A stretch of 63,808 nt of DNA, counting the filler, from Octopus bimaculoides (Eukaryota), in NCBI RefSeq assembly GCF_001194135.2. It is 5 parts of 3 records of this genome, joined end to end, with 100 filler letters (N's around TTAATTAATTAA, not from the genome) between each part and the next. Parts side by side here need not be neighbours in the genome. Positions count along the whole stretch, not along the records: positions 28,359 to 40,827 come from NC_068996.1; positions 40,928 to 52,283 come from NC_068999.1; 3 more parts are not named here. One strand, written 5' to 3'. Of this stretch, positions 37,017-48,685 are shown piece after piece (within the stretch, counting starts at the first letter, position 1; each line of letters opens with the position of its first letter). The notes under the pieces were generated by a model, which searched no databases, had not been told where the DNA came from, and saw only the letters and a list, made by a program, of their open reading frames with translations. Made by a program: the position numbers and the translations under genes.

Positions 37017-37819
37017 NNNNNNNNNNNNNNNNNNNNNNNNNNNNNNNNNNNNNNNNNNNNNNNNNNNNNNNNNNNNNNNNNNNNNNNNNNNNNNNNNNNN
37101 NNNNNNNNNNNNNNNNNNNNNNNNNNNNNNNNNNNNNNNNNNNNNNNNNNNNNNNNNNNNNNNNNNNNNNNNNNNNNNNNNNNNNNNNNNNNNNNNNNNN
37201 NNNNNNNNNNNNNNNNNNNNNNNNNNNNNNNNNNNNNNNNNNNNNNNNNNNNNNNNNNNNNNNNNNNNNNNNNNNNNNNNNNNNNNNNNNNNNNNNNNNN
37301 NNNNNNNNNNNNNNNNNNNNNNNNNNNNNNNNNNNNNNNNNNNNNNNNNNNNNNNNNNNNNNNNNNNNNNNNNNNNNNNNNNNNNNNNNNNNNNNNNNNN
37401 NNNNNNNNNNNNNNNNNNNNNNNNNNNNNNNNNNNNNNNNNNNNNNNNNNNNNNNNNNNNNNNNNNNNNNNNNNNNNNNNNNNNNNNNNNNNNNNNNNNN
37501 NNNNNNNNNNNNNNNNNNNNNNNNNNNNNNNNNNNNNNNNNNNGGCTTGCTAAAACTAGGCCGAAACAGCTGTAAGATTAAACTTCTGTTCATTCTCTAA
37601 TTCCTTATGTACTTTGTACTTCTATATGTAAACCATGTTGGCAAAATAACATAGTCTGCCATGGACACCTGTGCTTTGGTTCTTTCTTTCTTTTTCTTTT
37701 CTTCCTTTTTTTGTCACTTTTGCTATGAATTAAATTAATGAATTCAACGGGATACACCGTCTGCAAGTAGTTGGGTTCAGCATATTATCCTCCATTTTCT
37801 AATTGTTATATATATATAT

Positions 37820-38725
37820 CATCATCATCATCATCAACATCATTTAACGCTCATTGTCCACACTGGCATAGGTTGGACGATTTGACCATGGCTAGTAAGC
37901 TGGATGGCTGCACCAAACTCCAGTCTGATTTGGCATAGTTTTCTATGGTTGGATGCCCTTCCTAACACCAACCACTCTGAGAGTGTAATGGGTGCTTTTA
38001 CATACCACTTGATAGGTCTTCACAAGCATGACATAATGCCAAAGGTCTTGGTCATTGCCTCCGTGATCCCCAACATTCAAAAGGAACTTGACCACTTTGC
38101 CTCCATGAGGCCTACACTTGAAAGGAACTCAGCTACTTTGCCTGTGTGAGGCCCAATGCTTGAAAGGAACTCTGCCACTTTGCTTCCATGAGGCCCAATG
38201 CTCCATCAGTGCTCTTTACATGCCACCGGCATGAGTGCCACTCATGTGACACCAACATCAGCTATGACTATAATTTCACTTGGCTTGATGGGTCTTCTCA
38301 AGCACAGCATATTGCAAAAGGTCTTGGTTATTAGTCATTGCCTCTGTGAGGCTCAAAGTTCAAAGATCATGCTTCACTACTTTGCTCCATGTTTTCCTGG
38401 GTCTACCTCTACCACAAGTTCCCTCCACAGTTAGAGATTGGCACTTATTTACACAATCATCCTCGTCCATACATTCACATGACCAAACCAGCACAGTCAT
38501 CACTCTTGCACACCACATCTGATGCCTAACTTTTCTCTCGAGATGCTTATACTTTCTTGAACATACACACTCACATAGCACATCCAGTGAAGCATACTGG
38601 TTTCATTTCTTTCAAGCCTACACATGTCTCAGCTGTCACAGTCCATGTTTCACTGCCATGTAGCATGGCTGTTCACACACAGACATCAAACAATCTACCT
38701 TTCACACTGAGAGAGAAAATCCCTT
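37820..38725 (-). mobile_element. 5'-truncated RTE-clade LINE (3' end of ORF plus tail)
   Basis: VEGTCGRGRPRKTWSKVVKHDL (ORF 38360-38581) is the RTE C-terminal GRP..TW motif; the tail ends gttaaatgatg(atg)n. Confidence 0.88.
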
Positions 38726-38806
38726 TGTTACCAATATATACATATATATAAATAAAGAACTGTATATAAATGTAAAAAAAACAATAATAATAAAGGTTTG
38801 ATTCAC

Positions 38807-38916
38807 CTGAAGAATGTGGGGCACCAATGATGACATCAGCTTTGTCTTTATCTGCTAGCTCTACAGCCATACCAATTCCTTGAACTGGTTTTGCTGATGT
38901 ATCTTTTACAATAATT
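38807..38916 (-). CDS. NPR/receptor guanylyl cyclase-like extracellular domain, exon a (110 bp, phase 2-1)
   Basis: ttaatttatag|AATTAT...CTTCAG|gtgaat; IIVKDTSAKPVQGIGMAVELADKDKADVIIGAPHSS; joins exon b in frame (G+TA = Val). Confidence 0.88.
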
Positions 38917-40034
38917 CTATAAATTAAGAACAAAAACATGTATGTAAATAAAAGCAAGATTAATTGTATCATACTTAATTGTACTTATATCACACCTAAT
39001 CTTCATTCACTTTACTCAGCTTACAGAGATGCAGCCTGCCAAGTATTGTATAAAGCCAGAAAAAACAGAAAAATGTAAATCACAGTCTGATGAAAGCAAA
39101 GCAAGTCAAAACTGCAAAGTCACTATCAAATTTTTCCTTATAACAATATACATGAACCCTTCTAAAAAAGTATTGAATAATTCTTCAGTTTGATGTTAAA
39201 TTCTTTACATACACACACATGCACACACACATGCACACACACACTCACACACACACACACTCTCTCTCTCTCACACACACACACAACTTGATATAAAAGA
39301 AACATTAATGAATATATATGTGTGTGTATGTATACCTATTTATGTATGTATGCATCTATCTGTCTCTCTATCTATCCATCTGAAGGGAGGAGGGGGAGGG
39401 GGAGGATGACGACGACGACGACAATGACGACAACTATGACGATGACAACAATAATGATGACGATAACAAAACAATTACTTGGTTTGTTATTTAACATCAT
39501 ATGACTTCTTGACTTTATTGACTTTTTACAATCCCCCTTTTTTTAATATTTATTGTTTCATTATTGATTTTAATTACTTTTGTTTTATCAGTCAGGCTAC
39601 ATTTTTTAAAATCTTTATTTTACTCTATTTATTTAATTATTTATTAGAATTAATACTGAGTATTAATGACTCATATCTAAAGCTTTTTTATAATTTGAAT
39701 AGCTGAATTTAAAAGTAATTTTATGAAATAGTATTCCTACAAGCCACAGACATCTCCATGAAATAATATAAATCAAACAACTTTTTATCTCCAAGAAATA
39801 CAGATGTCTTTCCCGTAAGATTATCAAAAGTCATTTCTTGGTCTCAAGTGATTTAGACAAATTTATGTAGAGAAGGTTATTTAGAAAGAATAGACCTGAT
39901 GTATTTGGCAATATTTTTCACCATATTATCATGCAGTGTCTTTTTAATATTTTTTGTAATGAAATCTTTTGAAATTGTTAGTAATTAAGTGAACAATAAT
40001 TTGTTGTATTTCTAATCATAAATTGTATTTCTAA

Positions 40035-40132
<98 letters not shown>

Positions 40133-40144
40133 ATACAGGCACAC

Positions 40145-40290
40145 ATGGGGTGGCTGATGTTAGGAAGGGCATCCAGCTGTAAAAATCCTGCCAAAACAGA
40201 CACAGAAGGCTGCCCTGACCAGTTCCTGTCAAACCGTCCAACACATGCCAGCTTGGAAGGCGGACATCAAACAATGATGATGATTATGAT
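40145..40290 (+). mobile_element. RTE-tail repeat (family C)
   Basis: gttaggaagggcatccagctgtaaaa..aaaccgtccaac..gcggacatcaaac(aatgatg). Confidence 0.8.
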
Positions 40291-40664
40291 GATGATATAT
40301 ATATATGTGCATATATATATATATTTATATATATATAAATGATTAACAGTAGAGGTAGAGGTGTCAATTCATTACGGCCATTTCTGATGACTTCTTTTAA
40401 GTGATTAATGAAAACATTACATCATTATAAAGAAATCGTTTTCGTCAGGTGACTTCATGAATTTCAAAATAAAGGACATGTCTGAATAGCTCAAGAGTGG
40501 ATTTCTTCACTCAGCTTGGTCTAATTGTCTAGAATACACTGCAACAATATCAGTTGGCCAGTACTTATGCACCAAGTTTGATATTTACATAATATTGTTG
40601 TGTATGTGTGTATATTATTCTAACCTAACAAGGTGCCTCAATTTAAGTACCTAATCTTTTTTTA

Positions 40665-40827
40665 CTCTAGGCCCAAGGCCAGAAATTTTGAGGGAAGGAG
40701 CCAGTCGATTAGATCGACCCCTGTAAGCAACTGGTACTTAATTTATCAACCCCCGAAAGGATGAAAGGTAAAGTCAACCTCAGCGGAATTTGAACTAAGC
40801 ATTTCGCCCGGCGTGCTAATATTTCTG
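40665..40827 (-). mobile_element. SINE family A
   Basis: ctggtacttaatttatc..gaaaggatgaaagg..gcggaatttgaact..gcatttcgcccggcgtgctaa. Confidence 0.85.
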
Positions 40828-40927
40828 NNNNNNNNNNNNNNNNNNNNNNNNNNNNNNNNNNNNNNNNNNNNTTAATTAATTAANNNNNNNNNNNNNNNNN
40901 NNNNNNNNNNNNNNNNNNNNNNNNNNN
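40828..40927. other. Artificial scaffold spacer
   Basis: 44 N + TTAATTAATTAA (40872-40883) + 44 N. Confidence 0.95.
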
Positions 40928-41187
40928 ATCTCCATTTTCCTTCAGCACTTGCTAACTCTTACATCTAAGTTTTCCATGCTCTTCATCCAACTAAGAGGCA
41001 AATTTCACTTCATTGAAAGATCTTTGTTAAGGTCACTCTGTACTTCATCATTTTTCCTGATTTATCTAAACTCATGACATCAGACTACTTAGTTATTTCC
41101 CTTAGATAGCTTTTTCCAGTTATGCACGCACGCACACATACACGCACGCACACACACAAACACACACACACACGCACACACATATAT

Positions 41188-41490
41188 TAACTGGCACTCC
41201 GTCGTTTACGACGACGAAGGTTCCAGATGATTCCGATCAATGGAATATCTTACTCGCGAAATTAATGTGCAAGAGCCTGAGCAGTCCAAGGACACGCGTG
41301 CCCCTTACCGTAGCCCTCAGGGATATCCAACGGGGCACAGAGTGTGATAAACGTGGATCTGGGAAATACAGGTACTACCGATTTTTGCCTGCTGAGTAGA
41401 CTGGAGGAACGAGACATAGAGTGTCTTGTCTGGGAATCGAACGCAGGACCCTGTGATCGTGAGCCCTGTACAATAACCACTAAGCCGCAT
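41188..41490 (-). mobile_element. tRNA-derived SINE, third family
   Basis: Reverse complement head gcggcttagtggtt...gcgttcgattccc (A and B boxes), with a body unlike families A and B. Confidence 0.75.
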
Positions 41491-41639
41491 ACCTTCACAC
41501 ACACACACATACACGCATACACACACACATTCATACACGCATGTATATCTATATGTATTTGTGTATATATATGTGTATGTATGCGTATATATATGTGTAT
41601 GTGTGCATATATATGTACGTATGTGTATATATATGTATG

Positions 41640-41674
<35 letters not shown>

Positions 41675-42049
41675 NNNNNNNNNNNNNNNNNNNNNNNNNN
41701 NNNNNNNNNNNNNNNNNNNNNNNNNNNNNNNNNNNNNNNNNNNNNNNNNNNNNNNNNNNNNNNNNNNNNNNNNNNNNNNNNNNNNNNNNNNNNNNNNNNN
41801 NNNNNNNNNNNNNNNNNNNNNNNNNNNNNNNNNNNNNNNNNNNNNNNNNNNNNNNNNNNNNNNNNNNNNNNNNNNNNNNNNNNNNNNNNNNNNNNNNNNN
41901 NNNNNNNNNNNNNNNNNNNNNNNNNNNNNNNNNNNNNNNNNNNNNNNNNNNNNNNNNNNNNNNNNNNNNNNNNNNNNNNNNNNTTAGGGATATCCCTAAC
42001 TTTTGTGGTATGTAGTATTTTTGCTGCTATTTCTAGCGAGTAGATGTCC

Positions 42050-42125
<76 letters not shown>

Positions 42126-42579
42126 TGTGTATATATATATATGTGTATGTGTGTATATATATGTGTGTATGTGTGTGTATATATATATGTGTGTGTGTGT
42201 GTATATATATATATATGTGTGTGTATGTATATATATATATATATTTATATATATATAATCATTTATGATAAGCTTGTTAGTTGATTATCATTGGAAATTT
42301 CAAAATGGCCGACTATATGATTGTACATCAATCATTTAACGTTCGATGACATGTGAACGTCTCCATTGAAAGCAGCAAATGGAAGAGAAGTTCCTTTCCA
42401 GCCCCTGCCCCATCACTAATCACTTCAGTTGATGTTCCAGTGACGTTTATATGTCGTACAATGCTTCGTGAGAGATGTTAGCTCTTAAAGTGGAGCATTT
42501 TGATACTTAGAGTAACAAAGGTTTGACAAGGTTCTTATCATTGTAATATATAAATGGGTGTGTGTGTGTGTGTGTGTGT

Positions 42580-42616
<37 letters not shown>

Positions 42617-42799
42617 AAAGAAAATATTTCTCCAGCGTTCGCTATTTTACCCTCTTTCTGGTCTAACGACCCTCCATGTTTGTTTTCTTTCGGTTTCTTT
42701 GTATGTCTCCACTGTGGTTTTTTTTTCTCAACTTTGACCCCTCCGTAAATCCCAAATTTTATTTTTGGACTTATGGGAGCAACTGTCTTCGAAGACTCA

Positions 42800-42989
42800 T
42801 ATTGTCGTTCTGTGCTTGAAATGAGGAATAGATAAACAGCCGACAACTGATGAAGGGTCGTTCTTTATGTTACTTGTCCTGTTTTCCATTTGTTTCTCTC
42901 GTTGTTTGCGTATTGAACTCATTTGTTTTCGTATTTCATGTTGTTTATTCTTGCTGACGTCCTGTACCCATATATGCATGTGACTGTGC

Positions 42990-42990
<1 letters not shown>
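42800..42990 (+). repeat. Interspersed repeat (gccgaYaactgatgaa...gtcctgtacccatatatgcatg family)
   Basis: Shared blocks at 20050-20160 (gtcctgtacccatatatgcatg) and 59280 (gccgataactgatgaa). Confidence 0.55.
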
Positions 42991-43032
<42 letters not shown>

Positions 43033-43042
43033 NNNNNNNNNN

Positions 43043-43086
<44 letters not shown>

Positions 43087-43399
43087 ACATATACATTTAT
43101 ATATATGTGTGCGTGTGTTTACATACATACATATACATGCTGGTAGATGTTTGTTTATACATATGTATATCCAAATTCATATATGTATGTATGAAGCTAT
43201 GTATATATGCATTCGCGATGCTGTCTTTGCACCTATTCTTACCTGCAAACTACCTTTATAAACAAAAGAAAGCCCAATACCTTAAATAGACTTAACACAC
43301 GAGTGTATATATTATTCCTTGTCACTTTACATCATTTTGCAGATGTCGGAAGCTAATTCTGCTTCATTCGAATTATACAGGATTAATGTAATGACGCGT

Positions 43400-43720
43400 C
43401 TGTCGTGGACTTCCGGTTCGCTACATTCACATATTGTGTAGTAACGAGCTACATCCATTACCATAATTTCGTTCGAGCGTAATGAGATGGTAAATTTGTT
43501 TTCGTGACGACACTTGCTAATTAGTTCCTTTCTTGGCTTACGTACAGGATGTCTTACTTTACTGTTAGACATTTTCCTTGTTGCAGCGGTAGTAGATGAT
43601 GTTTCTCTCAATGTATTTATTACTACATAGTGTATTCCGCCACGATATTTTAAATCTGTGACACCTCTATAACTGTCATTCATAAATATATAAGGATCAG
43701 GTATTTTTCTTAGTTGCATA
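43400..43720 (-). mobile_element. Penelope-like element, 3' end of the GIY-YIG endonuclease region (decayed)
   Basis: ELISKCRHENKF (43527-43492) matches the PLE C-terminal LN.R.E++S.CRH.NKF motif; flanks degenerate, boundaries approximate. Confidence 0.7.
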
Positions 43721-44211
43721 TTTGTAGTTCATGCTACGGATAATGTGAGGTCCTTTCGCGCAAAGTTGTGCAAAGTTTAGTACATGACGATCTCTAGAAA
43801 GAAGAGTTTACGACCACTTCATAGATGATTGCTTCTGCATATATATATATATACATATATATATATGTATATATATGCATATATATATATCTACATATAT
43901 ATATATATATATATANNNNNNNNNNNNNNNNNNNNNNNNNNNNNNNNNNNNNNNNNNNNNNNNNNNNNNNNNNNNNNNNNNNNNNNNNNNNNNNNNNNNN
44001 NNNNNNNNNNNNNNNNNNNNNNNNNNNNNNNNNNNNNNNNNNNNNNNNNNNNNNNNNNNNNNNNNNNNNNNNNNNNNNNNNNNNNNNNNNNNNNNNNNNN
44101 NNNNNNNNNNNNNNNNNNNNNNNNNNNNNNNNNNNNNNNNNNNNNNNNNNNNNNNNNNNNNNNNNNNNNNNNNNNNNNNNNNNNNNNNNNNNNNNNNNNN
44201 NNNATATATAC

Positions 44212-44258
<47 letters not shown>

Positions 44259-44285
44259 CATATATATATATACATATATATATAC

Positions 44286-44316
<31 letters not shown>

Positions 44317-44444
44317 CATATATATATATATGCAAGAATATATATATATATATGTATATATATATCTGCATATATATATGTATATATATATATGCATATA
44401 TATCTGCATATATATATATATACATATATGTATATGCGCGTGCG

Positions 44445-44488
<44 letters not shown>

Positions 44489-44599
44489 TCACACATTTTA
44501 GACGCACGTTTACAAATATATATGCGTATGTATACACACACAAACATATACATACGAAAATGGATGCGAAAATATATATATATATATCCTTATCACTAT

Positions 44600-44674
<75 letters not shown>

Positions 44675-46429
44675 CTTGTGAGCATCTGCGTAAGCATATC
44701 TGTTTGAAAGTGTCAAGGCATCGGTTTCCACACAAACAGTTCCAGTTCTTATAAGAAACCACTCCTTCCGCCCAGTCTCGCTGCTATCAGTCTGATATAT
44801 CACCTCCCACATTTATACCGTTATCTCCAACAAGCTGCTTTGATTCACAACGGTGTAAGAGGTCAAATGTATCTTATAAAAACTCTTCCGTGAAATCTAA
44901 TAAAACTACTTTGTCGGTTCAAAGTTCTCGTACAAAACGAGATTGTATAGTTTCAATGATAGATGGAAACTTGGTACATGATATTTTTCACTGACGTTGA
45001 TAAATCAAACGGGTGTTCCGAACAATTATATTCGCGGATAAGATTCCCACCTAGCCACAAGATGTCGAGAATTGTAGATCCGGTTTCAATATTGACTGAG
45101 GGAGCGAATGTGTTACTTTTAGAGTCGTTTTTTTACGCTTGGGAAAATGTTTGAACTCCTCCACATCACGTCGTCTCTAAGAGCTTCCCAACAAAAGTCT
45201 GACGATAATGACTGAAGTATGAACCTCGATTTCCGCTCTGACGAAGCAAACTTATTTTCAATAAAATTACTTCATCCCTTCCTCCTATGTATTACTGGTA
45301 ATGCTTTTAATCGATAAATGACTCGTTGCAAACGTTGACGCTGGCAGGGTTTGAAACCCTTACGCTGAAAAGGCGAAATACTAAACACAATATGATATTT
45401 ATGCTGACTTTCGTTCTGGGAGAAGTACACATTTTTATCCTCATCAACAACATCATGAACAGAAGCATCGTGAGCCAGTGTATGCAGACAATGACGTTGA
45501 TAATATTTTCTGATTAACTTCTGTTGATAGCTCGTGCATTATAAGACCCACTTAGTTTAAACATATGTTGGTGCCTCAACATAGACAATCAGTTTCAGTG
45601 GATATTGTAGACTTATAGGATATATTCTTCACATGAGCCGTGCAGCTGTAGCTCACTTTAAATTATTTCTGCTGAATAGTTTCCTGTCTAAACATTGGCA
45701 CAACTCATAAACACTACATCAGAATGACCGAAGGGAAATTCAGCGGAAGATTTTACAATCACACTTCTTCATTCAGAAACACAGATAAACGGAATGCATC
45801 GAAGTTCTCTAATTATATTATCATTGAAAGTTAATATTTTAAATTAAAGTACCACGTGGAAGATCGTTGAAATATCAACACCCTGTGGAAAATGGTAACA
45901 ATGTTACGAATACGAAGTGGATAAAAAATAATCTTGAAACATTCACTTCAGTCAAAACGATATCTAAATACTAAATCTGAAAATTTCGGGAAATGCAGAC
46001 ACGCAGATAAATATAAACTACTATTTTCAATGTGTAAGTGTATGTGAGTAGTGTGTATATTTACACATATGAATGAGTAGGCTAAAATTCTTCCCCTTTT
46101 TTATATCTTTTCAACCCACTGACATCATTAACGATCTATAAACCATCAATTGAACTCTAGCAAACATCTTAATTTCGTTTTTGTATTTGGTTTGCAAGAT
46201 TCTTTATGTGAATTCGTGTGTTGAAGCATATTTTATTGCGTCTGGGGAGAGTCATTCTCTTTTAGTGCCTTATTATCTAACACACTCACCGGTTCGATTT
46301 CCACTAATTTACTTATTTTTTCTAAAATTTCTAAAAACAATTTCTAAAATAAAAAAATAATTTTATAAAATTTTATAAAATCTTCATCTCATAATTCTAA
46401 TTTTTACAACATTTTCTGTTAATCTAAGA

Positions 46430-46701
46430 CTGTGGGCATTTTTTCCTATGGACCCTTTTGATCCCTATTTTACTCTACTGCGCCCTAATGATTAAAATGA
46501 TTAAAATTCCAACTATATTTTTATAATTAAATATTTGGAATTCTATTTTAAAAAATTATTAAAATATTTTGTATATTATAGAAGCAAAACCAATATATTG
46601 CAATGCAAATAATTTTTAACAACAAAATCCCCTAAGGATCATATGAACCCTCAAGGGCCATATGCCCTCCGGGCCATATGGACCCCGCTTGAGAACCACT
46701 G
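46430..46701. mobile_element. hAT-type non-autonomous element, one end only
   Basis: ttgagaaccactg (46689-46701) is the reverse complement of the CAGTGGTTCTCAA hAT TIR; subterminal gggccatatg repeats; the other TIR was not found. Confidence 0.5.
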
Positions 46702-46824
46702 ATTTAAGAGGTCCCTTTAACTTTTCTTGCATTCCCAATAGTAAATCCATACAATTTTCCTCATTTCTCACATTTGCTTCAATACTGGATTCCAGCTAAT
46801 CTTACAATTGATTAAATATATGTG

Positions 46825-46865
<41 letters not shown>

Positions 46866-46868
<3 letters not shown>

Positions 46869-47042
46869 TCCAACATCGTTTCACGACCGATGCTGGTGTG
46901 TTTACGTACCCGTAACTTAGCGGTTCGGCAAAAGTGACCGATAGAATAAGTACTAGGCTTACAAACAATAAGCCCTGTGGTCATTTGCTCGACTAAAGGC
47001 GGTGCTCCAGCATGGCCGCAGTCAAATGACTGAAACAACTAA
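46866..47042 (+). mobile_element. SINE family B, 3' half
   Basis: ccgatgctggtgtg..cttagcggttcggcaaaag..gactaaaggcggtgctccagcatggccgcagtcaaatgactgaaac. Confidence 0.9.
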
Positions 47043-47175
47043 AAGTATATATATAGATAGATACATACATACAAACATGCATACATACATACGTGCATGC
47101 ATGCATGCACGTATGTATATACATATATATTCATATATATCCATATATGCATGCCTATATATCATACTCAAATAA

Positions 47176-47214
<39 letters not shown>

Positions 47215-48063
47215 AGTAAAAATAAATACAAAAAAAGGTGGATTTTTTTGTATGATTGTGTATAGAGGAATATATTATTTTGCTTAAAAGAGTTCCAACA
47301 CTGTCTGTTTTTTATGTTTTATTTATATTCCTGCAGAACTAATGTGGGGTATAGAATATGGAATATACAATATATAATATAATATACAATATATAATATA
47401 AAATAAAATAAAAATGGATNNNNNNNNNNTATATATATATATATATATATATATATTGATGCATATATAAATATAAAAAGAAATATATATTCATATTTAT
47501 AGAAAGAGCACACACACTTATCAGCTTTTGTTCCTGCACTGCTCAGCCCATTGGTCGGCGTGTGTGTGTGTGTGTGTGTGTGTGCGTATGTGTGTGTGTG
47601 CATTTGTGTGTATTTTGTGTGAGAGAGATATAGAAAGAAAGGGAAAAAGAGAGAGAGCGCGGAATAGTAGATATAAGTGTCTGTGTTATCATAAGTGAGC
47701 TGAAGCCAGATCTACGAGAAAATGAGATGAGAGAAATCAGTGTTGGAGAACAAATAAAGAACCGTAATTAAGATAAGAATACGAAGAAGAAGAAGAAGAA
47801 GAAGAAGAAGAAGAAAAAGGAGGAGGAGGAGGAGGAGGAGGAGGAGGAGAAGGAGGAGAAGGAGAAGCCGAGTGTGTCTGTTGTACAAAAGTGAACAGTG
47901 ACTGCTGTAACCTTTGCTGTGTTAATTGTCAAACATTCGCTAGAACAATGCATTCTGTCTTGCTAACACTGGAATATGGGGTGGGGTGGGGTATCACCGT
48001 GTGTGTGCGTGAGTGTGTATAGTGTCCGTGTGCGTGTCTATGCATACAGATGTATACACACAA

Positions 48064-48096
<33 letters not shown>

Positions 48097-48645
48097 ATGT
48101 ACAAATATAAACTTATTATACACACACACACATATAACACACACACACACACGCGCGCATACATAACACACACACACACACACACACGAGCACACATACG
48201 TGAATCTTCTCCAAATGACTGTTGATGCGTGAGTGTGTGTTTGTGTGTAAACATATTCAGCGTAAAGCTCACTGGTTTAAGTAAATTTATATACTNNNNN
48301 NNNNNNNNNNNNNNNNNNNNNNNNNNNNNNNNNNNNNNNNNNNNNNNNNNNNNNNNNNNNNNNNNNNNNNNNNNNNNNNNNNNNNNNNNNNNNNNNNNNN
48401 NNNNNNNNNNNNNNNNNNNNNNNNNNNNNNNNNNNNNNNNNNNNNNNNNNNNNNNNNNNNNNNNNNNNNNNNNNATATATACATATATATATGTATGTGT
48501 GTGTGTGTGTGCGGTGTGTATATAGATAGATAGACGGGTGGTTGGGTAGAGAGATAGTTCCACTATTTAGTGTGTGGTAATATGTAAATCATGAAATTAC
48601 TACACACAAACACGCGAGTAGACACGCTTTATGTGTTTTCTCTCT

Positions 48646-48685
<40 letters not shown>

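Noticed and set aside
44700-45560. Unique-looking region with several 50-90-codon open frames
   Set aside because: No recognisable motif or consistent splice pair; frames on both strands are equally plausible.
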